IMG/VR virus record: IMGVR_UViG_3300037190_000626
Span: 13,960 to 77,959 of that record
Source: a virus
Length of the DNA stretch: 64,000 nucleotides
Direction: 5' to 3' (one strand)
In this document: in pieces, positions 9,788 to 17,062 of the stretch
How the letters are laid out: each line of letters starts with the position of its first letter
Numbering within the stretch: the first letter of the stretch is position 1
Translations under genes and position numbers: made by a program
The notes under the pieces: model-generated
The model's input: only the letters and a program-made list of their open reading frames with translations
What the model was told of the DNA's origin: nothing
The model's database searches: none

Positions 9788-10429
9788 GTGGACACGGGAG
9801 TTATTAAAGGCTTCCGCGTAAACACACACCGGAGAATCCCCGATTGGGAAATTCGAAGGTACCTTAAGCAGCATGGAATGCCAGCACACTTCTTACTGGA
9901 ACCCCCGGAGCCAAACGAGATACTCACCACCGGCCAGATGGCTGCTGTGATGGGTTGCAGTGTTACGGTCGTTAAAAACCTGCTTAACGCAGGAAAACTG
10001 CGAAGCTGGAGAATAAAGAAAGATCGTCGAATATATGCGGCAGATCTTCTTGAGTATTTTCAAGAGCAGCAGATGACGGGAGCTTTGGCTAATCTTGAAA
10101 TACATTTAAACGGAGGAGGAAATATGAGTGAAGATAGAACATTAACAATTAGCAAACATGAAGTCGTGATTGACCGAATGTTTGCAGAAGATACGTGGGA
10201 GTTGGCATTTGGAGACGGTGCGTGGACAAATCAGCACACAGACGAGGATGTCTACCAAAAGCTAAAAGAGTACGAGCAAAAAGCTCTGGCATGGGACACC
10301 ATGTACGATGGACTCTTACCTCCTGACGGCAATGATGCCGACGATACAGAAGAGAACTACGAGCTAAGGGAAAAGATGGACAAACTCATAGCGACTTTGT
10401 TGTTCAACGGAATTGCGAACGGAGACTAA
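9788..10429 (+). CDS. Tandem excisionase-like HTH protein fused to an acidic domain
   Basis: LTTGQMAAVMGCSVTVVKNLLNAGKLRSWRIKKDRRI. A first HTH extends upstream of the GTG in the same frame, and there is an internal RBS plus ATG at 10124. Confidence 0.65.
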   Translation: MDTGVIKGFRVNTHRRIPDWEIRRYLKQHGMPAHFLLEPPEPNEILTTGQMAAVMGCSVTVVKNLLNAGKLRSWRIKKDRRIYAADLLEYFQEQQMTGALANLEIHLNGGGNMSEDRTLTISKHEVVIDRMFAEDTWELAFGDGAWTNQHTDEDVYQKLKEYEQKALAWDTMYDGLLPPDGNDADDTEENYELREKMDKLIATLLFNGIANGD

Positions 10430-10720
10430 GTGAATAAAAATCTATTAAAAATCGATCAGGTCGCGGAAATGCTCGCAACTCAACCTAAGACCGTCAAGAG
10501 CTGGACCAGCAAAGGATTACTGGGTGCCGTCAAATTTGGTCGGACCATTCGTTATCGACCTGAGGATGTGCAACATTTCATCGACAAGAAACTAGCGCGA
10601 CATATTGCAGCTTACATGAATCAAGCGTGGGAGCATCGTAAATATTATACTGGTCAGCATTCAATGGCAGACATAATACTAGAGGCTCTCGGAGCCTACG
10701 AAAGAGAGGAGAATAAGTAA
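10430..10720 (+). CDS. Excisionase-like HTH protein
   Basis: LLKIDQVAEMLATQPKTVKSWTSKGLLGAVKFGRTIRY. Confidence 0.8.
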   Translation: MNKNLLKIDQVAEMLATQPKTVKSWTSKGLLGAVKFGRTIRYRPEDVQHFIDKKLARHIAAYMNQAWEHRKYYTGQHSMADIILEALGAYEREENK

Positions 10721-11283
10721 TGGGTAACAGTCAGATATACGAGATCCCCGGGTTTGTCAGCAGTTCCACTTGTGGCGAGATCGTGGCGTGGCTCAAAAAT
10801 AGGAAAGAGTACGAACCAGAAAACGAAGGTAACGCCCACTTCGACGGGAGAACTGTACCTTTCAACAGAATACCTGATTTGCACATAAAGCAAATGGTGG
10901 GTGCTTTTCGTTTTGACATAACATCTAAGGTCCGGGGGTTATTTGAGGGAACGTTATATCCTGACTACACCGATCTGGTTTATTGGCCAGACGGTATGGA
11001 CATGGATGTACACGCAGATGCTGCTTGGCTGGACGGGACACCTAACTATTGTGCTTACCGAAACGTATCAGGAGTCACTTATCTAAACGATGACTACGAG
11101 GGCGGGGAAACTTATTTCCCGGCCCTTGAGTACGAGGTTAAGCCGGAGAAAGGCAAAGTAGTTTTATTCCCGTCCGATCTGCAACATAGACATGGTGTCA
11201 GGGAGGTAAAGGGAGAGAGGTATACTATGCCGATATGGTTTACTAAAGATATATCGCATCTAGAAGTGGAGGTAGGACCGTGA
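10720..11283 (+). CDS. 2OG-Fe(II) oxygenase (prolyl-4-hydroxylase-like)
   Basis: MDVHAD (HxD), YLNDDYEGGETYFP, HRHGVREVKGERYT. Confidence 0.9.
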   Translation: MGNSQIYEIPGFVSSSTCGEIVAWLKNRKEYEPENEGNAHFDGRTVPFNRIPDLHIKQMVGAFRFDITSKVRGLFEGTLYPDYTDLVYWPDGMDMDVHADAAWLDGTPNYCAYRNVSGVTYLNDDYEGGETYFPALEYEVKPEKGKVVLFPSDLQHRHGVREVKGERYTMPIWFTKDISHLEVEVGP

Positions 11284-11333
11284 GTAACGCGAAGGAGAAA
11301 AGTAAGTAAAAGTGTAATACAAGGAGGTGAAAA

Positions 11334-11681
11334 ATGTTAACGATTGAATCTGTTATAGGTTTCGCGGGATTAGTGATCGGTTTTGGGATCGTATTCCTGT
11401 GGGGCGTTCGAATTGGTCGTAACTTGCAGTACAAGGAAGTACAAAAGGTTACTCAGTTTCTGAGTATTTTGAAGGATCGTAAGATCTTCCAGTCAGAAGA
11501 ATCTATTATTGCTGCCTACACGGTGGCGGAATGGTTATCGGGAAGGCTGGAAGATATTCGTGAGACCGGGCCTTACGAGGTTTGGCCGAAAGAGGAAGTT
11601 TCTTATGAAGAGGAGAATGTAGATGAAGATTTGTGTGAGAGTAGGACTGTTATTGTTAGCGCTGACGGTGCTGGCATCTAG
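11334..11681 (+). CDS. Membrane-anchored hypothetical protein
   Basis: N-terminal transmembrane helix; strong RBS AAGGAGGTG. Confidence 0.55.
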   Translation: MLTIESVIGFAGLVIGFGIVFLWGVRIGRNLQYKEVQKVTQFLSILKDRKIFQSEESIIAAYTVAEWLSGRLEDIRETGPYEVWPKEEVSYEEENVDEDLCESRTVIVSADGAGI

Positions 11682-11751
11682 TGGGTGCTCGGCGCACCAT
11701 CATTTTGGCGTTCAAGGGGGTGTAGATATCCCTCCGCATGGGCATAAGTAG
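11623..11751 (+). CDS. Putative 42-aa lipoprotein (not in ORF track)
   Basis: MKICVRVGLLLLALTVLASSGCSAHHHFG...: signal peptide with lipobox-like SSGC. AGGAG upstream. Confidence 0.45.
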   Translation: MKICVRVGLLLLALTVLASSGCSAHHHFGVQGGVDIPPHGHK

Positions 11752-11903
11752 AATATAGGGGTATATAGTATGACATTCTTCGTATACCTAGATACACAAT
11801 TTGCCTCTGACGCCTCGTCGGCGGAAGAAGCAATCGAAGAAGCAACAACTCAATTAATTGAGCGACTACAGAGAGCGCAGGCCGGGGAGCGCGATCAAGT
11901 GGA

Positions 11904-12224
11904 ATGGCTCATAGAGGAGGAAGAATAATGGGTGCATGTACAGATTACAGGCGATATATGGTCGCCAATAAACAGGAAGCGGAAAAGCAATTTATGGCTG
12001 ACCAGTGTCAGTCGGCTTACGAAGATGGGAACAATTACTCTGGCTGCATTGGCGTGATGCCAAACGGAGTTAACTGGGTGTCAGAGGTATTTCCATCCGC
12101 GTTGGACGCAGAAAGACACATCACAACCAACCACGAGAAGTGGGAGCCAGCAATGGGTGCTGAGTTCGCAGACGATGCGGGGGATACCTGCGGGTTTTCG
12201 ATCGGTGGTTGGTGTTCAAGCTGA
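11904..12224 (+). CDS. Phage hypothetical protein
   Basis: MGAC...YEDGNNYSGCIG...IGGWCSS motif typical of small phage ORFs. Confidence 0.55.
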   Translation: MAHRGGRIMGACTDYRRYMVANKQEAEKQFMADQCQSAYEDGNNYSGCIGVMPNGVNWVSEVFPSALDAERHITTNHEKWEPAMGAEFADDAGDTCGFSIGGWCSS

Positions 12225-12236
12225 AAGGAAGTAAGA

Positions 12237-12689
12237 ATGAGTAGATATAAAGAACGAGAATCAGATGTAGTAGTGGAGGTACTTGATCTAGCGCCTGCCA
12301 TTGAGGAAGCGTATTCGCAGTTTGCGAAACCAAAAGACTGGAATGGTATAGGCTTTCACACCAACCTTGCGTGGGCACGTATAGTCACGTCAAAAGGTAT
12401 CTTTGTCTTGAACTCTGAGGGTGTGGGAGGTGAAGACCCCATCTCAGAAGACAAGCCGTTAGAAATTGGTCTTTACAAGACTTTCCCTAAAGAGGAAAAG
12501 AAGGTCCAAATCTTTCCTACTGTTTGGGCCGCGCTCAATTCGAAAGACGTTGAGGATCTTCCAGTAGTGGAAGAGGTCAGCTTGAAAGATTTCATCCGGG
12601 GCTTTGGTAGTCGGCTAGAGTGCAACTTCTGGGCGTGGGACGAGAAGTTGAAAGATAAGGAGACTGTCGATGTCAAATTGGAAAAATAG
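12237..12689 (+). CDS. Hypothetical protein
   Basis: 150-aa ORF with RBS, in a co-oriented gene run. Confidence 0.55.
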   Translation: MSRYKERESDVVVEVLDLAPAIEEAYSQFAKPKDWNGIGFHTNLAWARIVTSKGIFVLNSEGVGGEDPISEDKPLEIGLYKTFPKEEKKVQIFPTVWAALNSKDVEDLPVVEEVSLKDFIRGFGSRLECNFWAWDEKLKDKETVDVKLEK

Positions 12690-12821
12690 AAGGCATCACA
12701 GCGGCAAAAAAGCGAGGAATGATATTATGCCCGGCCATCCCCCTAAACTTTGGTATGAATTACGGGCGCAGGCAGGAAAGCTGGTGCGGAAAAAGAAGTT
12801 GACAGTAAAGGAGACTGTCTA

Positions 12822-12998
12822 ATGGCCATGGACCCTGAGTGGCATACCAAATCTCTACATGTACTCGAAGAGTTCGTGGAAGATGTGAGAGCCGCCAATG
12901 TCGAAGGAAAGATTGCGAAGGAGTGGCCTGACCTGTTTTTGACGTTTAAGAAAGCGTGCCACATTCTCGGAGAAGAAGCGGACGAGGGGGATGATTGA
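12822..12998 (+). CDS. Small hypothetical protein (58 aa, not in ORF track)
   Basis: AAGGAG RBS, then MAMDPEWHTK...EGDD stop. Confidence 0.45.
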   Translation: MAMDPEWHTKSLHVLEEFVEDVRAANVEGKIAKEWPDLFLTFKKACHILGEEADEGDD

Positions 12999-13027
12999 GT
13001 GAGTAGTGTTGTCAAGGAGGACTATCT

Positions 13028-13288
13028 ATGAAGTACATTCGAACGCAGTTTAGTGTGAACGGAGACGACAGGCTCGTAGCGCAGGAAATACGCGAGACGA
13101 AGAAGGAAACGATGGGCCAGCAAACAAAGGCGGATATCAACAGGGACGTACGGATCGCCCTGTATCGTAAGCGTTACGAGGAGGGACGAGACTTGATGAC
13201 AGGAAAGCCTATTCCCCCGGAAGATCGTGACGATATTATTTACATTAGCGAAATGAGAAGGAAAAGCGAAAATGGTCGACCCAACTGA
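13028..13288 (+). CDS. Hypothetical protein
   Basis: RBS AAGGAGG; RIALYRKRYEEGRDL motif. Confidence 0.55.
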   Translation: MKYIRTQFSVNGDDRLVAQEIRETKKETMGQQTKADINRDVRIALYRKRYEEGRDLMTGKPIPPEDRDDIIYISEMRRKSENGRPN

Positions 13289-13538
13289 AACCTTCCGCAG
13301 AGCGGAAGTTGCTAGAATTAACACAGAAGTAGAGAGTTCAGACAAGGATACTGAACGAGTACGATTGGAAGAAAAACACGGGCAAGTGTGGGATACCACA
13401 GAACTTCAGCAGGATTTTGAAGTGCACGGTTTTGGGGCTCCTTACATTAACGTGACACGTAAGGAAGATAATGCCAAAGGGTCGCTGGAGTTCCAGCATG
13501 CCCCGAGGTTTTATTACGGCTTCCAGTCACACCCGTAA
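13272..13538 (+). CDS. Phage hypothetical protein
   Basis: VWDTTELQQDFEVHGFGAPY...KGSLEFQHAPRFYY. Confidence 0.6.
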   Translation: MVDPTETFRRAEVARINTEVESSDKDTERVRLEEKHGQVWDTTELQQDFEVHGFGAPYINVTRKEDNAKGSLEFQHAPRFYYGFQSHP

Positions 13539-13573
13539 ATACTGGAATTTATTAGAAAGGATTCGAAAACCAG

Positions 13574-13882
13574 ATGGTAGAACGATTTGGGCCTAGCGTT
13601 AGGAGAACACGACGGCCCCCTGACCCTGAGTGGTTAAAGTTTATGTCCACAGACGAGAAAGAGGCTATGCGGTTAGAGGAGTGGATGCTGACTAGTTTAG
13701 CAGACACCGGCCTATCCGTACGTGCTGTCAATTGTCTGGAAGGAAAAGGTATTTTAACCGTGAGTCAGTTATCTCAGCAAACCAATGACGATTTGTTGGG
13801 TATCGTAAACTTTGGGGTACAAACATTGGAACAATGTAAAAGACTTCTGATGAACATAGGAGTTCCCCACAGTCTAAAGTAA
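13574..13882 (+). CDS. Stand-alone RNA polymerase alpha subunit C-terminal domain protein
   Basis: LADTGLSVRAVNCLEGKGILTVSQL...LLGIVNFGVQTLEQC matches the RpoA alpha-CTD consensus LSVRxxNCL...NFGxKSLxE. Confidence 0.85.
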   Translation: MVERFGPSVRRTRRPPDPEWLKFMSTDEKEAMRLEEWMLTSLADTGLSVRAVNCLEGKGILTVSQLSQQTNDDLLGIVNFGVQTLEQCKRLLMNIGVPHSLK

Positions 13883-13904
13883 GAGAAAATTTGTTTAGCA
13901 GATT

Positions 13905-13936
13905 AAGCCTAGGGTGTGTTGCCCTAGGCTTTTTTT
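13905..13936 (+). terminator. Rho-independent terminator
   Basis: AAGCCTAGGG-TGTGTTG-CCCTAGGCTT followed by a T run. Confidence 0.75.
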
Positions 13937-13965
13937 ATGCACATTTGAGACAAGGAAACGAAAAC

Positions 13966-14730
13966 ATGGCTACAGTTACGAAGACTAGCGCAAAGAAGCC
14001 TGCGGCTAACGACCCTTTCGCTAAGACGCGAATTGAGATTCCCGAAGTGAACATGGATATCTTCAAGTGTCGCCTTATTGGCGAGACCCCGTTGGTTATT
14101 CATGCGATGGGTGAAAAGAAGCGTAAGGAAATGCGCGATTTGATGGGCCCCAAGACGGCGGCCTCTAAGGTGCGACCCCCAAAGGATCAGGCGGGTGAGT
14201 ACTTTGACGCAATGTATATTTTGAACAATCAGATGGACAAGGACGGTAAACGCCCTAACCCACATCACAACGATCAGGAATACAGCTACGAAGGTATCTT
14301 CGTTCCGCTGGCCTTTGAAGACGCTACTGCGGTTCATGGTGTGCGTGCTTCCGGGTTCCGGCTCGGTATGGTTCGTGCCGCTAAGAGCTGCGGTGCTGTG
14401 ATGACGGACACTCGCTGTAACATGCGAGTTAGAAGTCCGTTTGGCTCGTTCGTCCCGTTGAGCTTTGAGACGGTTGTCTCCCGGGAAGACCCCGTGAAGT
14501 TGCAGGGCAACAAGACTGACCTGCGTTACCGCCCTGAGTACACGGGCTGGTCAGTTGACATCGAGATTGAGCACATGTCGGACATCATCGGACCAGAGCA
14601 GCTGATTCAGTTGCTGCGTATTTCTGGTCGTACGGTTGGTGTCGGCGAATGGCGTAATGAACGTGGCGGCGAGTTCGGCGCGTTCGATGTGGATCTGGAC
14701 AGCGTCGAGCTGGAAAAGAAAACTCTGTAA
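13966..14730 (+). CDS. RAMP/Cas7-like RNA-binding protein (candidate array-associated effector, Vipr-like)
   Basis: N-terminal strand CRLIGETPLVIH, GVRASGFRLGM helix motif, YRPEYTGWSVDIEIEH, and C-terminal glycine-rich loop GRTVGVGEWRNERGGEFGAFDV. Start moved to ATG 13966, downstream of the terminator and an AAGGA RBS. Confidence 0.75.
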   Translation: MATVTKTSAKKPAANDPFAKTRIEIPEVNMDIFKCRLIGETPLVIHAMGEKKRKEMRDLMGPKTAASKVRPPKDQAGEYFDAMYILNNQMDKDGKRPNPHHNDQEYSYEGIFVPLAFEDATAVHGVRASGFRLGMVRAAKSCGAVMTDTRCNMRVRSPFGSFVPLSFETVVSREDPVKLQGNKTDLRYRPEYTGWSVDIEIEHMSDIIGPEQLIQLLRISGRTVGVGEWRNERGGEFGAFDVDLDSVELEKKTL

Positions 14731-14912
14731 GTAAAGGGGTAAACTATGGAACAACAAGATCACTGGCAAGACAGTATACGCATCTTGTTCGCTTGCCCTT
14801 GGCATAAAAAGATGAGGGCGTGCCAATTGCTCTGCTTGCTTTTTGTAGTGGAGTGTCGGCTTGGTTTTTATGCTTGGAGCAGAAAACTATAACTCACGTT
14901 GAAAATGGTTGT

Positions 14913-14970
14913 CCGGGGGCAGTGGTGTACTAAGTCTTAGACTAAGTCCGAAGCTGCCCCCGGTTTTTAT
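14913..14970 (+). terminator. GC-rich stem-loop with T tail (terminator, attenuator or small structured RNA)
   Basis: CCGGGGGCAG (14913-14922) pairs with CTGCCCCCGG (14954-14963), followed by TTTTTAT. The 31-nt loop is long for a simple terminator. Confidence 0.5.
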
Positions 14971-14988
14971 CTAGAAAGAAGGTAAATT

Positions 14989-15531
14989 ATGAGTAGTGGT
15001 TACGATGTAACTGTTGAATTTAGTGCCAAGCCGACTCGTCCTCTTAGCAATAAGGTGGCTGAAGAGGTTGGTCCTGAGATTCACGCATTGATGCAGAAGA
15101 ACGAGGGGGACGAGCTTACCCCGCATGAGTACTTGGATTGGGTTAAGGCAAACCCAAACAGTAAGAGTTACAGTCAGTTTGAGTGGGAAGATACAATTGC
15201 TGCGAGAAAGTGGCGAGTTCATCAAGCTCGAAATATCATCAATTCGATTGATATTAAGGTGATTGACGAACGCGGCGACGCGGTGAGCGTTCCTGCGTTC
15301 ATTCATATTACGAGGGCAGACTCGGGTGAGGATGCTCGTCAGTTGTATACTTCTTACGAAAACGTTCTGAACGACGAGGAAAGCTCTTCACAGGTGGTAG
15401 CGAGAGCTTGCCGTGATTTCCTGTCGTGGCGTCGTCGTTACCTGCTGCTCCGGGGTAAGCTGCCACTGGCAGACATTTACGATGCGACGGACGTTCTGGC
15501 TCAAGAGCTGGAAGCACCGGAAGAAGATTAA
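14989..15531 (+). CDS. Phage protein, partner of the RAMP-like gene
   Basis: LTPHEYLDWVKANPNS...FEWEDTIAARKWRVHQARNIINSI motif. Lies between the RAMP-like gene and the array. Confidence 0.7.
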   Translation: MSSGYDVTVEFSAKPTRPLSNKVAEEVGPEIHALMQKNEGDELTPHEYLDWVKANPNSKSYSQFEWEDTIAARKWRVHQARNIINSIDIKVIDERGDAVSVPAFIHITRADSGEDARQLYTSYENVLNDEESSSQVVARACRDFLSWRRRYLLLRGKLPLADIYDATDVLAQELEAPEED

Positions 15532-15609
15532 TTTGGGAGCGAATAGTTAGTTTGGAAATCTCGTCAAACAGCGTCGTGGGGACGTAACGCTATTCGTGTG
15601 ACATGGCAT

Positions 15610-16353
15610 GGCAGTCATGGCGAGGTGTGACATGGTGAGCTGGGGCTTGTTAAGGTCTGGCGGGGTTAGGTCAGGTAAGGCAGTCTTGGCAGGGTAAGGT
15701 GTGTTAAGGCACTGCGAGGTGGGCCACGGTTAGGCGAGGAATGGCAGTCATGGTTAGGTTTAGCGAGGCGGGGAGAGGTGCGGCAGGGTGCGGCTGGGCA
15801 GTCATGGCATGGTGCGGTCGGTACCGGCGGGGTCAGGAGGGGTAAGGCTCGGAATGGCAGTCAAGGTGAGGTTAGGCATGGTCTGGAACGTTATGCGCTG
15901 GTTTGGAGTGGTAAGGCAGTCGTGGCGGGGTGGGGCCGGTCTGGGATAGGTCCGGTTGGGTGAGGCAGTCGAGGCGGGGTCTGGTAAGTTGCGTTAAGGC
16001 GGGGAAAGGTGGGGTGGGTTACGGCAGTCAAGGCTAGGTGTGGTGTAGTGTGTCGAGGCGGCGAAAGGTCGGGCAGGGCAGTCATGGTGAGGCGGGGTGT
16101 TGCTGGGTGTGTCTGGTTCGGGGCTGGCGAGGCAGTCATGGCAGGGGGTGGTGGGTAGCGGCGGGGTCAGGAGGGGCAAGGCAGTCATGGTGAGGTGTGA
16201 CACGATGAGGTGTGACATGGTTCGGCAGTCGAGGTCGGGTCTGGTTCGATCTGGCAAGCCGAGGCGTGGTGCGTTGAGGCAGGCATGGAATGGGTGGCAC
16301 GGCGCGGTCAGACCACGGTGAGTAATGGCAAGGCTAGGCAGCCATGGCGCGGA
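15610..16353 (+). repeat. GGCAGTC-delimited GGY/NN periodic array, block 1 (13 complete units; putative non-coding guide RNA array)
   Basis: Delimiters at 15610, 15679, 15743, 15797, 15856, 15915, 15964, 16023, 16077, 16131, 16180, 16224, 16278 (GGCAGGC) and 16337 (GGCAGCC). Spacings are 69,64,54,59,59,49,59,54,54,49,44,54,59, all equal to 9+5n. Confidence 0.92.
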
Positions 16354-16367
16354 TATTAACTTTACCC

Positions 16368-16739
16368 CTACTTTTCGCAGCTGCTGCAACGAGCACTCCA
16401 TCTTGATCTCATCTGAGAGCGAACCGGACGTTCTTGTGCCATAACACGTAGGGCCCGAAACGGCATAGTTGTAACTCTTACTGTGGTTCTCACAGTGGCT
16501 CTAACAAGCGTTCGAACTGGTTGTGCGTCACGGAGCCTCTTTGCGGCATTACGTAAGGGAGATCGGCAACTGCGGCCCTCTGCTGCGACGACAGGTTGCT
16601 TATCGGCTTCTTGCATACTGACAGCACTAACGTATGACACAGTTGACGCTTTGGATGCGTGATCACAATCTTGTGCGTTAACAGAGCTGAAAGAGAGAAC
16701 ACTTACGACAACGGCTGAAGCTAAACACTTTTTAAACAT
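16368..16739 (-). CDS. Secreted small protein between the two array blocks
   Basis: Signal peptide MFKKCLASAVVVSVLSFSSVNA and Arg-rich QPVR/RPVR segments. Confidence 0.65.
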   Translation of the reverse strand: MFKKCLASAVVVSVLSFSSVNAQDCDHASKASTVSYVSAVSMQEADKQPVVAAEGRSCRSPLRNAAKRLRDAQPVRTLVRATVRTTVRVTTMPFRALRVMAQERPVRSQMRSRWSARCSSCEK

Positions 16740-16872
16740 GTCTTTTCCTGTTATTTAAGTGGTAATACGTAATGCTCCTACAAGGGAGCGACAAAATTGT
16801 AAATCTTTAATTGCGACACGGCATCCCCAAACCAGAGGTATTTTTAAAAATACTCCAAAAAAGAAGTGACGA

Positions 16873-17058
16873 GGCAGTCATGGTTAGGTGCGTACTGGTG
16901 AGGTGGGTTCAGGTCAGGCAGGGTGTGGTATGGCAGTCAAGGCGAGGTATGGTCGGGTGAGACATGGTCGGGCTGGGCGAGGCGAGGAATGGCAGTCAGG
17001 GCAAGGTCTGGTTGGGTTTGATTCGGAGGGGCGAGGAGTGGCAGTCGTGGTGCGGTTG
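16873..17058 (+). repeat. GGCAGTC-delimited GGY/NN periodic array, block 2 (3 complete units plus 1 truncated)
   Basis: Delimiters at 16873, 16932, 16991 and 17040; spacings 59, 59, 49. Confidence 0.9.
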
Positions 17059-17062
17059 CTAG

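Noticed and set aside
13891-13965. TTG start for the RAMP-like gene given in the ORF track
   Set aside because: It runs through a terminator hairpin. ATG 13966 has an RBS.
15540-15596. Hammerhead ribozyme in the array leader
   Set aside because: It forms a three-way junction but lacks the CUGANGA core.
15610-16353. Simple microsatellite, telomere-like repeat or G-quadruplex-only element
   Set aside because: G4 folding is possible, but it does not explain the fixed delimiters, the 9+5n lengths or the free NN variation.
15778-16401. ORFs 15778-15963, 15891-16139, 15994-16401 and 16097-16321
   Set aside because: Low-complexity translations of the G-rich array. A 5-nt period is not compatible with codon structure.
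15610-17058. Canonical CRISPR array
   Set aside because: The constant element is only 7 nt, the intervening sequence is itself periodic rather than unique spacer, and no cas1/cas2 is present in the window.
15610-17058. TIGR array
   Set aside because: No alternating edge/loop repeats with box C/D-like motifs and fixed short spacers. The adjacent gene is RAMP-like, not Nop-like.
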